The notes beneath the pieces are model-generated. The model was not told where the DNA came from and did not search any database. It saw only the letters and a program-made list of their open reading frames with translations. Source: Syntrophomonadaceae bacterium (GTDB lineage: Bacteria; Bacillota; Syntrophomonadia; Syntrophomonadales; Syntrophomonadaceae). From it: a DNA stretch of 54,619 nucleotides. The number at the start of each line of letters is the position of its first letter. Position 1 is the stretch's first letter. Shown piece after piece: positions 20,438 to 31,385 of the stretch. The stretch covers positions 1-54,619 of the forward strand of contig JAAYBS010000151.1 in NCBI GenBank assembly GCA_012718855.1. The letters run 5' to 3'. Position numbers and translations under genes: made by a program.

Positions 20438-20670
20438 ATAATCCCTGGTTATAGTTTTCATTAATAGATTTTATATATAAGGCAATAAATGAAATTAGCA
20501 AGGTTTTTATCCCTAAATGTCGAATGTTCCTATAGATTAGGTTATTCCAGACCATATTAATTGTAGTTAGTTGGAGTTCAAAATCATAGACAAGATTGTA
20601 GCAAGAATAATTTGTACCAACTTTAGCACTTTCTACACAGTACTAAATTGTTATGAAAGCCTTTATAATG

Positions 20671-20700
20671 TTACTGATGGTACAGTTAAGATGCTATAAT
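20671..20700 (+). promoter_or_regulatory. candidate sigma-A promoter for the fdnGHI operon
   Basis: TTACTG, 18 nt, TGcTATAAT (extended -10), about 60 nt upstream of the fdnG start. Confidence 0.35.
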
Positions 20701-20761
20701 GTCTATGTTAAGAGCTTTACGCTAAATTTGACTATGTGGGGAAAGGAGAGTGTGATGTATA

Positions 20762-23700
20762 ATGAAGGTTACTCGTAGGCAGTTTCTGAAGGTTACCGGT
20801 GCAACCGCAGCTACATTTGCAGTAGTTGAACTTGGTTTTGACCTCAATGCTACCGCAAGTGCAATTAAAGAACTCAGAACGAAAAATGTAACTCCGGTGC
20901 CTACTGTCTGTCCTTACTGTGCATCTGGCTGCGGACTGGTAGTATACTCGCAGACTGATAGTTCTGGCAAGTATGAAAAACTCCTGAGTATCCAGGGCGA
21001 CCCTGACAATCCTATTAATATGGGAGGGGCTTGTAGTAAGGGTGCAGCCATGTTTAACCTCAGAGAGATTTATGACCCGCACAATGGAGAACAGGTGGTT
21101 AACCCCAAGCGGGTTGCAAAACCGCTGTATCGCGCTCCAGGCAGCGACAAATGGGAGGAAAAAGATTGGGATTGGATGTTGGATGAAATAGCCAAGCGTG
21201 TAAAAGAGACTCGTGACGCCAGTTTTATCCACAAAGAAAAGCTTGAAGATGGCACCGAAGTAATTGTAAACCGTACGGAAAGAATTGGTTCTATAGGCGG
21301 CTCCGGTCTGGATAACGAAGAGTGCTATTTACACAGTAAATTAATGAGAGCATTAGGTTTGGTATATTTGGAAACACAGGCCCGTATCTGACACTCCTCA
21401 ACGGTGGCAGGTTTGTCACCTTCATTTGGACGAGGAGTCATGACCAACCATATGGTCGACCTGAAAAATACGGATGTAGCCTTAATTATGGGCAGCAATG
21501 CAGCAGAAAACCATCCGGTAAGTTTTCGCTGGTTGGACCGCGCACGCCAGGATCGGGGAGCAAAAATTATTCATGTTGATCCACGCTTTACACGTACTTC
21601 TGCCAAAGCAGATGTTTATGCTCCGTTGCGTTCCGGAACGGATATAGCTTTCCTGGGTGGAATGATTAAGTATATTCTGGAAAACAAACTTTATCACGAA
21701 GCATATGTTGCCAATTATACTAATGCTACTTTCCTGATTAAAGAGGGGTTTAGCTTCAATGATGGTATTTTCTCCGGCTATGACCCTGATAAACGGGCAT
21801 ACGATGTAAGCAGTTGGGATTATGAGACGGATGCCGAAGGTAGTCCAGTCAAGGATATGACCATGACTCATCCCCGTTCAGTTCTACAATTGCTAAAGAA
21901 ACATTACTCCCGCTATGATATTGATACTGTTTGTAGTATTACCGGTACCCCAAAGAATAAATATATGCAGGTTCTGGAAACCTTCTGCAGCACTGGTGCC
22001 CAGGATAAAACTGGAACAATACTGTATGCCATGGGTATTACCCAACATACGGTAGGCAGTCAGAATATCCGTGCATTTGCAATTGTACAATTACTGCTGG
22101 GTAATATGGGTCGCCCTGGTGGTGGCATTAACGCCCTGCGTGGTGAAAATAATGTTCAGGGAGCAACTGATATGGCTTTGTTATACCATATCATCCCAGG
22201 TTATATAACTTCACCAAGTAATGCACCGGAGCATAAGGACCTTACTGCTTTCCTGACTAAAGAAACTACCAAAGGTTATCGTTCCAATACTCCTAAGTGG
22301 GTAACCAGTCTGCTAAAAGCCTGGTGGGGCGATGCTGCAACCAAGAATAATGATTTTGGTTATCACTACCTGCCCAAACGGGACAGTAAAAAGAATTACT
22401 CTCATATTGCCATGTTTGAAGCCATGCATAAGGGAGAAATTGACGGTCTGTTTGTAATGGGAACCAATCCGGTAGTTGGCGGTCCTAACGCCAATAAAGA
22501 ACAGGAAGCACTATGTAATCTAAAATGGATGGTTCAAGCTGATCTGTGGTTGAATGAAACTGCTGACTTCTGGACTTATCAGGCTTGGGAAAGAGCAGTT
22601 CATAATGACAAAGTAGATCGCAAGACTCCAGCTGATATTGGAACTGAAGTATTCTTCCTGCCGGCTTGTGCAGTTTTTGAAAAAGAAGGTACTGCAGCAC
22701 AAACAGGTCGCTGGGTACAGTTCCGTTGGAAAGGTGCTGAACCGGTAGGCGACTCTAAAGCTGATCTGTGGATTGTAGACCAGATTGCCACCCGGGTGAG
22801 AAAACTGTATCAGGGCAGCACCAAACCTCAGGATGAACCAATTGTTAATCTAAATTGGGATTATGGTCATGGCCATGAACCTGATATTATGAAAGTAGCC
22901 CTGGAATTAAACGGCTACTATCTGGCCGACAATAAACCGGTACCCAGCTTTGCCAAACTGATGGATGATGGCACTACTGCGTGTGGTTGCTGGGTATATT
23001 GCGGGTGTATGGGACTTACTCCAACCGGAGAGCTTGACTACAAACCTATGCACCGTGACAACAAGGATAATTCCAAACATGGACTGGGATTATTCTCAAA
23101 CTGGGCATGGTCCTGGCCGGTAAACCGCAGAATTGTTTATAACCGTTGTTCTGTACAACCTGATGGCATAACTCCCTGGCCGGGGGACGAAAAGCGGGCT
23201 CTAATCCAATGGGATGCTACTGCAGTTGGCGATCCTGCTACCGGTAAACTGGGTAAATGGGTTGGGGACGATGTTCCTGACTTCAATGTTACTCTGGCAC
23301 CGGAAGAACCGGGAGGAAAGAATCCATTTATTATGAGACCCGAAGGGGTTGGCTGTATATTTGCTGCTAAAACCTCAATGAAGGATGGTCCGTTCCCGGA
23401 ACATTACGAACCCTGGGAAAGCCCGACCACGAATAAAATTAATAGTCAGCAGAATAATCCCTGTGTCAAGGTATGGGAACCTGATAAACAGGGTAACTCC
23501 AAAGATTTCCCTTATGTGGCTACCACTTACCGGGTAGTTGAACACTGGCAGACTGGAGCCTTGACACGCAACTTGCCATGGTTGTCTGAGTTAATGCCGG
23601 ATATGTTTGTTGAAATTAGTGAAGAACTGGCCAAAGAAAAGAACATCAAAAATGGTCGCAAGGTAATCGTTTCCACCAGCAGGGGTGATATTAGTGCGGT

Positions 23701-23896
23701 AGCTTGCGTAACCAAGCGCCTTAAACCTATGAATATTAACGGTGAAATAGTGCATATGGTTGGAGCTATCTGGCAATTTGGCTTTAAAGGATTTGCCACC
23801 GGCGATATAGCCAATCGGCTAACCCCGCATATCGGATGTGCAAACTCCATGTGTCCTGAATACAAGGCATTTCTATGCGACATAAGGAGGGCTTAA
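20762..23896 (+). CDS. fdnG: formate dehydrogenase catalytic subunit, Tat-exported, selenocysteine-containing (UGA at 21389..21391 read as Sec)
   Basis: Track ORFs 20762..21391 and 21404..23896 are in the same frame. The junction reads ETQARI-U-HSSTVAGLSPSFGRGVMTNH, matching the FdnG active-site block around Sec. It also has the twin-arginine signal MKVTRRQFLKV and the 4Fe-4S motif CPYCASGCG. Confidence 0.9.
21392..21438 (+). promoter_or_regulatory. putative bacterial SECIS hairpin
   Basis: Starts immediately 3' of the UGA. Lower stem ACUCCUC/GAGGAGU (21392..21398 with 21432..21438). Upper stem GGUGGC/GUCACC (21403..21408 with 21415..21420) with apical loop AGGUUU. Confidence 0.55.
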
Positions 23897-23898
23897 CG

Positions 23899-24717
23899 AT
23901 GGCATATATGACAAATCTGTATGACAGCAGTAAGTGTACCGCCTGCCGTGGTTGCATGATAGCCTGTAAGGACTGGAATCAGCTTCCGGCCGTTATGGAA
24001 CCGTTCAAGGGCAATTATTCAACCCATGAAGATACCAATGGGGACACCTTCACCATAATTAAATTTATGGAAGAAGAAGACCCGGTAGATGGTGTACGCT
24101 GGAACTTCTTGAAATACAACTGTTTCCACTGTTTTGATCCGGCCTGCATGCAGGTATGTCCCCGTCAGGCTTACAGCAAAACTGAATGGGGCGCAACTAT
24201 ACATGATCCGGACAAATGTATTGGGTGTCAATATTGCACCTATGCCTGTCCGTTTCATATTCCCAAGTATCGTAAACGGGAAGATAAAATAGCCAAATGT
24301 ACCTTATGTGCAGATCGGGTTAGCGAAGGTTTGACTCCGGCTTGTGCAAGAACCTGCCCTGCTAATGCTTTAAAATTCGGCGATAGAGCTGAGTTGTTGG
24401 CAGAAGCAGAAGAACGTGTAAAGTTTTTAAGGGCCAATGGATTTCCACGGGCTACAATTTACGGAAAGCTTGAATTAGGTGGCCTTAATAAACTCTATAT
24501 TCTAACTGATACACCGGACAAATTTGGTCTGCCAATTGATCCGCATATACCCAAACAAATCCCGTTCTGGCAGGACTGGGTACAGCCCTGGCTGGGTTGG
24601 CTGATACCCCTGGCTATAGCCGGATCAGCAACCAGTTTTGTTACTACCAGAATTTTGGCTAATAAACATGCTGGACACGAAGAGCATGGTGCGCATGTAG
24701 AAGGGGGGCATGAATAA
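23899..24717 (+). CDS. fdnH: formate dehydrogenase iron-sulfur subunit (4x[4Fe-4S]) with C-terminal TM anchor
   Basis: Cys clusters (CTACRGC, CFHC..C, CIGCQYCTYAC, CTLC) and a hydrophobic C-terminal helix. Start placed at the ATG after AAGGAGG rather than at track start 23875. Confidence 0.85.
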   Translation: MAYMTNLYDSSKCTACRGCMIACKDWNQLPAVMEPFKGNYSTHEDTNGDTFTIIKFMEEEDPVDGVRWNFLKYNCFHCFDPACMQVCPRQAYSKTEWGATIHDPDKCIGCQYCTYACPFHIPKYRKREDKIAKCTLCADRVSEGLTPACARTCPANALKFGDRAELLAEAEERVKFLRANGFPRATIYGKLELGGLNKLYILTDTPDKFGLPIDPHIPKQIPFWQDWVQPWLGWLIPLAIAGSATSFVTTRILANKHAGHEEHGAHVEGGHE

Positions 24718-25406
24718 TGCAGTTAGTTCCCGAATATCGTGAAGACCTGGAACGAGTAGAAAGGTTTAATCTGGTAGCCCGTGTAACGCACTGGGGACAT
24801 ACGGTTACTTTCCTGCTCTGCCTTTTTACCGGTCTGGTGTTGTTTGTAGACGGAGCCGATTGGCTGGCCGCTATATTTGGAGGCTACGGCGGTGCCGGAT
24901 TGATTCATCGTATCGCAGCAGTATTTTTAACTTTATTCATTGCTTTCTTTGTAATATTTGATTTCAAAGGCATCATTGACTGGGTAAAAGACCTGCTCCG
25001 TTTTGGAAAGAATGACATCATCTTTGTCATGAAATTCCCATTGGAGTTTTTAGGTTTCCCGGTAAAAATGCCTCCCCAAACCCGCTTTAACGGCGGTGAA
25101 AAGGGCAATTCCATGGTAACCCCGACTATGGTTATTCTACTGGTAATAAGCGGGTATATCATGTGGTTTCCGAGTATCTTTCCGGCAGGATTAGTAAGAG
25201 TAGCTTATCCTACCCATGATATTGCTATGGTATTCGCTACCCTGATGGTATGTATGCATGGATATCTGGGTTCTTTCCATCCCGGTTCCGGTGAATCCTT
25301 CTGGGGAATGTGGAAAGGTACTGTTCGCAAAGACTGGGCTCAGCATCATCATGCTATCTGGTATGAAGAAACTTATGGAAACAAAGCAGAAGAGGAAGAA
25401 GCCTAA
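24717..25406 (+). CDS. fdnI: formate dehydrogenase cytochrome b subunit
   Basis: 229-aa ORF with four predicted TM segments and conserved His residues. The start overlaps the fdnH stop (TAATG). Confidence 0.8.
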   Translation: MQLVPEYREDLERVERFNLVARVTHWGHTVTFLLCLFTGLVLFVDGADWLAAIFGGYGGAGLIHRIAAVFLTLFIAFFVIFDFKGIIDWVKDLLRFGKNDIIFVMKFPLEFLGFPVKMPPQTRFNGGEKGNSMVTPTMVILLVISGYIMWFPSIFPAGLVRVAYPTHDIAMVFATLMVCMHGYLGSFHPGSGESFWGMWKGTVRKDWAQHHHAIWYEETYGNKAEEEEA

Positions 25407-25431
25407 TATTATTCCATTAGTACATTATCAA

Positions 25432-25468
25432 GGGGCGACTTTATGAGTCGCCCCTGCTTTTATTTTTT
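25432..25468 (+). terminator. rho-independent terminator after fdnI
   Basis: GGGGCGACU-UUAUG-AGUCGCCCC followed by a U-rich tract. Confidence 0.75.
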
Positions 25469-25558
25469 ACTTATTAATATCTAGTCCTACTATAGTTTAA
25501 ATCCTGCTACATGGTATACTAATCAAAAGGTAATTATATTATTTAAGGAGTGATCTAA

Positions 25559-26380
25559 GTGGATCGTCAACCACCTGCCGAGCTTCCTGAAGGTTATGTC
25601 GATTTTTACAAACAACTGGAAAGCTGGCAGAACGAACAGACTATCAAACTACGTAAGACTTTCATTCATCATACCCAAGATATAGAGCCTTTGCTCAACA
25701 GCAGAAAGAAACCTTTATTGATGCAAGTAAGACATTATATTGATGAAAAAGATTTTAATCAGGTTTATAGAGCTCTTATTGCTTTTCTCTATGAAGCCAG
25801 ACCAAACACTGCTTTGTATTTGGATAGTATTATGCGGGGTATTGATGCTTTTTCCTTTGAACAAATTATTGAATCGTTAATCAAGCTGGATGATAAATAC
25901 CTGCAAATAATGGCTACCCAGCTGAATATATCTGAGGAATTTTTGTACTTTACTTTAGACCATGCATTGCGGCCTTTTCTTCGTTTAATTGCTGAACACT
26001 ATACTGATGCTCTTAAAAGTGAGACTCTAGATTGGGAATTTTATACTATCTGCCCTGTTTGCGGAGCAAAATCGCATATAAGTCGTCTGCGCAGTGAAGA
26101 TGGTCAAAGACTTATGTTCTGCGACCGTTGCTTTAGTGAATGGCCTTCCCGATTCCTGTTTTGCGTACACTGTGGTGCTGATAAACCTGGTAGTTTGTCT
26201 TTTATTAAAATTGAAGGCGATGATGCCTATCAGCTTTTTGTATGTGAGAAGTGTAAAGGTTACCTTAAAACTTACGATGAAAGAGTGGGTGGAAAGTCCG
26301 TAGATCTATTTATAGCTAATGTTGAAACCGTCTATCTGGACATGCTGGCTCAGGAAAGAGGTTATACCAATCACGATTAA
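25559..26380 (+). CDS. fdhE: formate dehydrogenase accessory protein FdhE
   Basis: 273-aa ORF with a GTG start after AAGGAG and paired CxxC motifs (CPVCG, CDRC, CVHCG, CEKC) typical of FdhE. Confidence 0.8.
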   Translation: MDRQPPAELPEGYVDFYKQLESWQNEQTIKLRKTFIHHTQDIEPLLNSRKKPLLMQVRHYIDEKDFNQVYRALIAFLYEARPNTALYLDSIMRGIDAFSFEQIIESLIKLDDKYLQIMATQLNISEEFLYFTLDHALRPFLRLIAEHYTDALKSETLDWEFYTICPVCGAKSHISRLRSEDGQRLMFCDRCFSEWPSRFLFCVHCGADKPGSLSFIKIEGDDAYQLFVCEKCKGYLKTYDERVGGKSVDLFIANVETVYLDMLAQERGYTNHD

Positions 26381-26463
26381 GTATTATTCATGATGAGTTG
26401 GGTTTTCTGTTGAGGATAGTTAGAAATTTTTTGAACCTGACTGAAAATCTAAACCTTGTAAAC

Positions 26464-26501
26464 AAAAAAAGGGACTGCGTTTAACTGCAGTCCCTTTTTT
26501 T
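26464..26501. terminator. bidirectional terminator between fdhE (+) and fdhA (-)
   Basis: An A7 run, GGGACUGC-loop-GCAGUCCC, then a U7 run. Confidence 0.75.
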
Positions 26502-26511
26502 CGTTTGGTTT

Positions 26512-29211
26512 TTATGAGATTTTTTCCACTCTGGCTGCACAAACCTTGTATTCAGGTATCTTGGCAACCGGATCCAATGAGTCAGCATTAGTTAATCTAT
26601 TTGCTGCTGCTTCTGCAAAGTGGAAAGTAGTAAAAATAACTCCCGGCTCTAAAATATCTGATATCTTCGCTTTGATATCAATAGAACCTCTCCGGGTTAC
26701 TACCTTAACCATTTCATTGTCCATAATATTTAATTTTTCAGCATCAATCGGATTTATTTCCAGCTCATTATGTGGTTTATGAGCATCCAGACCTGAGGAA
26801 CGCCTGGTCATGGTTCCGGTATGATAATGGAACAGACTGCGTCCGGTGGAGAGAATTAATGGATATTCTTCATCCGGCAACTCAGCTGCTTCCTTATACT
26901 CAACCACATGGAAAAGCCCTAATCCGCGATTGAATTTTTCCCGATGTAGAATTGGAGTACCCGGATGCTCTACAGTCGGACATGGCCAATGAATACCGGT
27001 TACATCTATTCTATCATAGGTAATACCAGCATACGAAGGAGTAAGGCTGCGAATTTCCTCAAATATTTCCTCAGGAGAGTCATAGCTCATAGCATAACCC
27101 ATACTGGTAGATAAATCGCAAATAATCTGCCAGTCACAGCGTGCTCCCTCAATAGGATTAATGGCCCTTCTGACTCTCTGCACTCTTCTTTCCGTGTTAC
27201 TAAAAGTACCGTCTTTTTCAGCAAAAGTTACACCCGGAAATACTACATCGGCCTTCTGAGCAGTTTCAGTCAGGAAGATATCCTGTACTACCAGGAATTC
27301 CAGATTCTCCAGAGCTTCTTCCACATGCTGCAGATCCGGATCACTCATCATGGGGTTTTCACCCAAAACATATAATGCCTTTAATTCACCATGATGTGCC
27401 TTGCCAATTGCTTCAGTAAGCGTTAGACCCACTTTATTGGAAAGCTTTACACCCCAGGCTTTTTCAAATTTTTCCTGGTTGGCTTCTACAGTTACATTCT
27501 GGTAGGCGGTATATACATTAGGCAGTCCGCCCATGTCACAAGCCCCCTGAACATTATTCTGGCCACGTAAAGGATTTACACCGGTACCGGGTCTGCCCAG
27601 ATTGCCGGTCATCAGAGCCAGGTTGCAAGCCGTCTTTACATTGTCAGTTCCGGTACTATGCTGTGTCAATCCCATGGCATAACATATGGCTGCTGCTTCA
27701 GATTCAGCATAAATTCTAGCAGCCTTGCGAACATCTTCAGCTGGTACCCCGGTTACTTTTTCCATAGCTTCAGGAGTATATTTTTCCAGAATAGCCTTGA
27801 AATCTTCAAAGCCTTCAGTACGGTTGGCTATAAACTCCTTATCCAATAAGTCCTCATTTAAAATAACATTCATCATCGAATTCATAAGTGCTACGTCAGT
27901 ACCCGGTACAAACTGCATATATACATCTGCCATTTCCGCCAGTTCTATGCGACGCGGATCAGCAACTATCAGTTTTGCACCGTTCCTGCGAACATTTTGT
28001 TTAATCTTGTAACCAATAACCGGATGATTTTCCGTAGTATTAGTTCCAATAATAAAAATGGCTTTTGCATCATTTTCCAGTTCACCAATGGTATTGGTCA
28101 TCGCTCCACTACCAAATGCTGCCCCCAGACCGGCGACAGTAACGGAGTGTCAGAGACGGGCGCAATGATCAACATTATTGGTACCAAGTACCGCACGAGT
28201 GAATTTTTGCGCCAGATAGTTCTCCTCGTTGGTTACGCGTGCTGATGTAAACATGGCAATGGAATCAGCACCATGTTTTTCTTTTATACCTTTAAGTCTT
28301 GAAGCTGTATAATCAAGAGCTTCATCCCAGCTGGCCTGACGCAGTTCACCATTTTCACGAATTAGTGGTGTGGTCAGACGCTCATCCGAATTAATAAAGT
28401 CCCAGCCAAAGCGTCCCTTTACACACAATGCACCATTGTTAACCGGGCTCTTTTCTATATCACGTACTGAAGTTACTCCAACTACTTTATCACCTTTTAC
28501 ATTTAATGCCAGAGTGCAACCAGTTCCGCAATAGGTACAGGTAGTAACTACCTTTTCAGTCTGATAAGGCTTACCTTTGCCAGCGGATACTTTACTGGTT
28601 AAAGCTCCAACCGGGCAAACCATTATGCATTGTCCGCAGAATACACAGGTAGAATCAGCCAGGTTACCATCAAATGCAGTAGAAATCTTAGCATGATGTC
28701 CACGATCTTTAATATTAATTGCCAATGCACCGGTAATTTCATCACATGCCCTAACACAGCGGGTACACATAATACATTTGTCGTAGTCCCTCATAATAAA
28801 TGGATTGGGATCCGGTTTGGTAAAATGCGGGCCTTCTCCATCAAACCTGGAGTCAGCTACTCCATAACGATAGCAATAATCCTGAAGTTTGCAGTCGCCA
28901 TCGCTTTCACAGGTATGACACTCCAGTTTATGACGGGAAAGAAGTAATTCCAAAATTATTTTGCGAGCTTCAATAACATCGCTGCTCTCAGTATGAATCT
29001 CCATGCCGTTCTCAGCTGGAGTTACACAGGTAGCCAGCAGGTTTCTTCTGCCTTTAGCTTCTACAACACACATCCGGCAGGAACCGGCCAATTTTAAGTC
29101 CGGATCATAACATAGGGTAGGGATATCTGCCCCAGCTATACGGCAAGCTTCCAGAAGCATTGTTCCTTTAGGAACCTGTACTTCTTTGCCATCAATTGTC
29201 AGGCTGATCAT
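26512..29211 (-). CDS. fdhA: NAD-linked formate dehydrogenase alpha subunit, selenocysteine-containing (UGA at 28152..28150 read as Sec)
   Basis: Track ORFs 28150..29211 and 26512..28101 are in the same frame. The junction reads [29 protein letters not shown]. N-terminal 2Fe-2S and 4Fe-4S ferredoxin-like domains are followed by a molybdopterin oxidoreductase domain (CTYCGTGC). Confidence 0.9.
28102..28149 (-). promoter_or_regulatory. putative SECIS hairpin
   Basis: The RNA 3' of the UGA reads CACUCCGUUA-CUGUCGCC-GGUCU-GGGGGCAG-...GGAG. The imperfect upper stem has a GGUC-containing apical loop, as in the E. coli fdhF SECIS. Confidence 0.5.
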
Positions 29212-30456
29212 CTAATGCCCCCCCTTTCCACTGGTAACGACCAGTTTTCTTGAATATTCATGTTTAAAATGTTTTATCGTTGAATCAATAGGAATAGGTG
29301 CAGCTTGTCCCAAGCCACACAAGGCAGCTTTTTGCATCACCTTGGATAATAGTTGCAAATTATCAATATCCTTTTCACTGCCATTACCATTATTAATTTT
29401 CTCCATTATTTCCCGGCAACGGAAGGTGCCTTCCCGACATGGATTACACTTCCCACAGGATTCATGTTCAAAAAATTTGGAAATACGGGTTACTACATCT
29501 ACAATGTCTCTGGTTTCATCCAATACCAATACGGCACCTGAGCCAAGGGCAGCCCCCATGTTGCCCATGGAATCGAAATCTATAGGACAATCAAGATTAG
29601 CTTCCGGTATAAATGCACCGGATGTTCCGCCTACTTGAACCGCCTTAAATTTTTTGCCGTTTTTAACTCCGCCGCCCAGTTCAAAGATTACTTCTCTTAA
29701 AGTCATATCAGTAGGTACTTCAAACCAGGTACTGTTTACAACATCACCTGTCAGAGTAACAATCTTGGTACCAGGATATTTGGGAGCACCAATACCGGCA
29801 AACCATTCTGCCCCTCTGGTAAGGATATACGGTAAACAGGCAAAGGTTTCCACATTATTTACCACGGTAGGTACGCCCCATAAACCTTCAACACCGGGGA
29901 ACGGCGGTTTAAATCTTGGTTCTCCGCGATGTCCCTCAATAGACTCGATTAAGGCCGTTTCTTCGCCGCAAACATAAGCTCCGGCACCCATCCGTGCCTC
30001 AATATCAAAATCTCCCAATACCCCTTCTGCTTTGGCACTTTCTACGGCTCGCTTTAACAGATCGACAACAAAAGGATATTCACCCCGACAATAAATATAT
30101 CCCTGATTTGAACCTATAGCAGCTCCGCAAATAGCCATACCTTCCAGCAGGGCCTGAGCATTCTTCTGGCATATTATGCGGTCTTTATATGTTCCAGGCT
30201 CACCTTCATCCAGGTTACAGACCACATACTTAACGGGTGCATCCTGGGGAACGAAACTCCATTTCATCCCAGCATTAAAACCTGCCCCGCCGCGACCTCT
30301 GAGGCCGGACTTCTTAACTTCTTCAATCAGGGCCTTAGGCTCCATTCCACGAGCCTTTTCCAAACCTTTATAACCGCCGACTTTTATATAGTCAGCAGCA
30401 TTGGCAGGATCAATCTTATCAGCGTATTCCAATAATACGCGGTACTCCTGAGCCAT
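29212..30456 (-). CDS. NuoF-like NAD(H)-binding FMN/4Fe-4S subunit
   Basis: 414-aa ORF with GRGGAGF and ESCGKCNPCREG motifs. Confidence 0.85.
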   Translation of the reverse strand: MAQEYRVLLEYADKIDPANAADYIKVGGYKGLEKARGMEPKALIEEVKKSGLRGRGGAGFNAGMKWSFVPQDAPVKYVVCNLDEGEPGTYKDRIICQKNAQALLEGMAICGAAIGSNQGYIYCRGEYPFVVDLLKRAVESAKAEGVLGDFDIEARMGAGAYVCGEETALIESIEGHRGEPRFKPPFPGVEGLWGVPTVVNNVETFACLPYILTRGAEWFAGIGAPKYPGTKIVTLTGDVVNSTWFEVPTDMTLREVIFELGGGVKNGKKFKAVQVGGTSGAFIPEANLDCPIDFDSMGNMGAALGSGAVLVLDETRDIVDVVTRISKFFEHESCGKCNPCREGTFRCREIMEKINNGNGSEKDIDNLQLLSKVMQKAALCGLGQAAPIPIDSTIKHFKHEYSRKLVVTSGKGGH

Positions 30457-30475
30457 GTTCTCCCTCCCTTCTGCT

Positions 30476-30922
30476 TTACTTGCAAGCGGATAGTATTTCA
30501 GGTATCTGTTCCGGTGATACGTTAAAAATCGGTTCGCTGTTGATAGTTACTACCGGAGTTGCCTGACATTGTCCGATACACTCGCACAATTCAAAGGTAA
30601 ACTTACCATCAGCAGTAGTTTCCCCAACATTAATGCCCAGATAACTTTCAATAGCTTTAACTACCTGGTCTGCACCGGCAATATGACACGGCGCGCTTTC
30701 ACACATGCGAACTATATATTTCCCTCTGGGTTTTACAGACAGATAAGAATAAAAGGTAGCCACACCATAAGCTTCTGCTTCTGAAACGCCAAAGGTTTTG
30801 GCAACTAATCCCAATGCTTCTTCGGGAATATAATTAAATTCATTTTGCAGAGCATGAAATGCCTCGATGATACCGCCCTTTTTCCCCCGATAAAGTTCAA
30901 TAATGTCTACATAATTAGCCAT
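30476..30922 (-). CDS. NuoE-like thioredoxin-fold 2Fe-2S subunit
   Basis: Start set at MANYVDII, preceded by AAGGAGGTG. The track ORF extends 12 codons further upstream. Cys pattern CxxxxC...CxxxC (CESAPCH, CECIGQC). Confidence 0.85.
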   Translation of the reverse strand: MANYVDIIELYRGKKGGIIEAFHALQNEFNYIPEEALGLVAKTFGVSEAEAYGVATFYSYLSVKPRGKYIVRMCESAPCHIAGADQVVKAIESYLGINVGETTADGKFTFELCECIGQCQATPVVTINSEPIFNVSPEQIPEILSACK

Positions 30923-31312
30923 TTTTTCACCTCCTTCGCAAAATGTATGAACAGGCACTTTAGAGCCACCTATTTTTTATTTATATGTATAGAATCTATC
31001 CATTTACTATTATTCCACATAAGCCCTTTCCCTGCTACCATTTTCACATTATTATAATATATTTTCATATTATGTATTCATATATTATTGATTTTATTAA
31101 CATTGCGTTAAATAATGCTTTTCTAATTCGTTAATAAGCCTATTTCCTTAAATTTCATCTATTTATTAACATGTAAATTTCATTTATTAATAAAGCAATT
31201 TGTCTGCATTTATTGAAATGACTATTCTATATGGTTATGTATTGATTTATAGTATATGGCTATTTGCATATCAGGATTATTTGATCAGGATTAATATTTG
31301 GGTTTTATCCAT

Positions 31313-31341
31313 AAAAAAAGAACGAACACCGCGGTTCGTTC
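31313..31341 (-). terminator. rho-independent terminator after mobB
   Basis: On the minus strand, GAACGAAC-CGCGGU-GUUCGUUC followed by U7. Confidence 0.7.
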
Positions 31342-31385
31342 GTTTATTACTTTAAGAGATATTTGTTAAATTTAGTGCTGCTAAA

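Noticed and set aside
21389-21403. An apparent stop codon and 12-nt gap splits the Tat formate dehydrogenase into 209-aa and 830-aa ORFs, which could indicate a pseudogene or frameshift.
   Set aside because: Both parts are in the same frame. The UGA falls exactly at the conserved Sec/Cys active-site position, and a SECIS-like hairpin follows.
26457-26485. TGTAAAC-N15-GTTTAAC looks like a BirA (bioO-type) operator half-site pair.
   Set aside because: The right half is not the reverse complement (GTTTACA would be expected). The site overlaps a terminator loop between fdhE and fdhA, and no biotin gene is nearby.
28102-28152. An apparent break splits fdhA into 353-aa and 529-aa ORFs.
   Set aside because: The logic is the same: an in-frame UGA in the HCARL-U-HS motif with a downstream hairpin.
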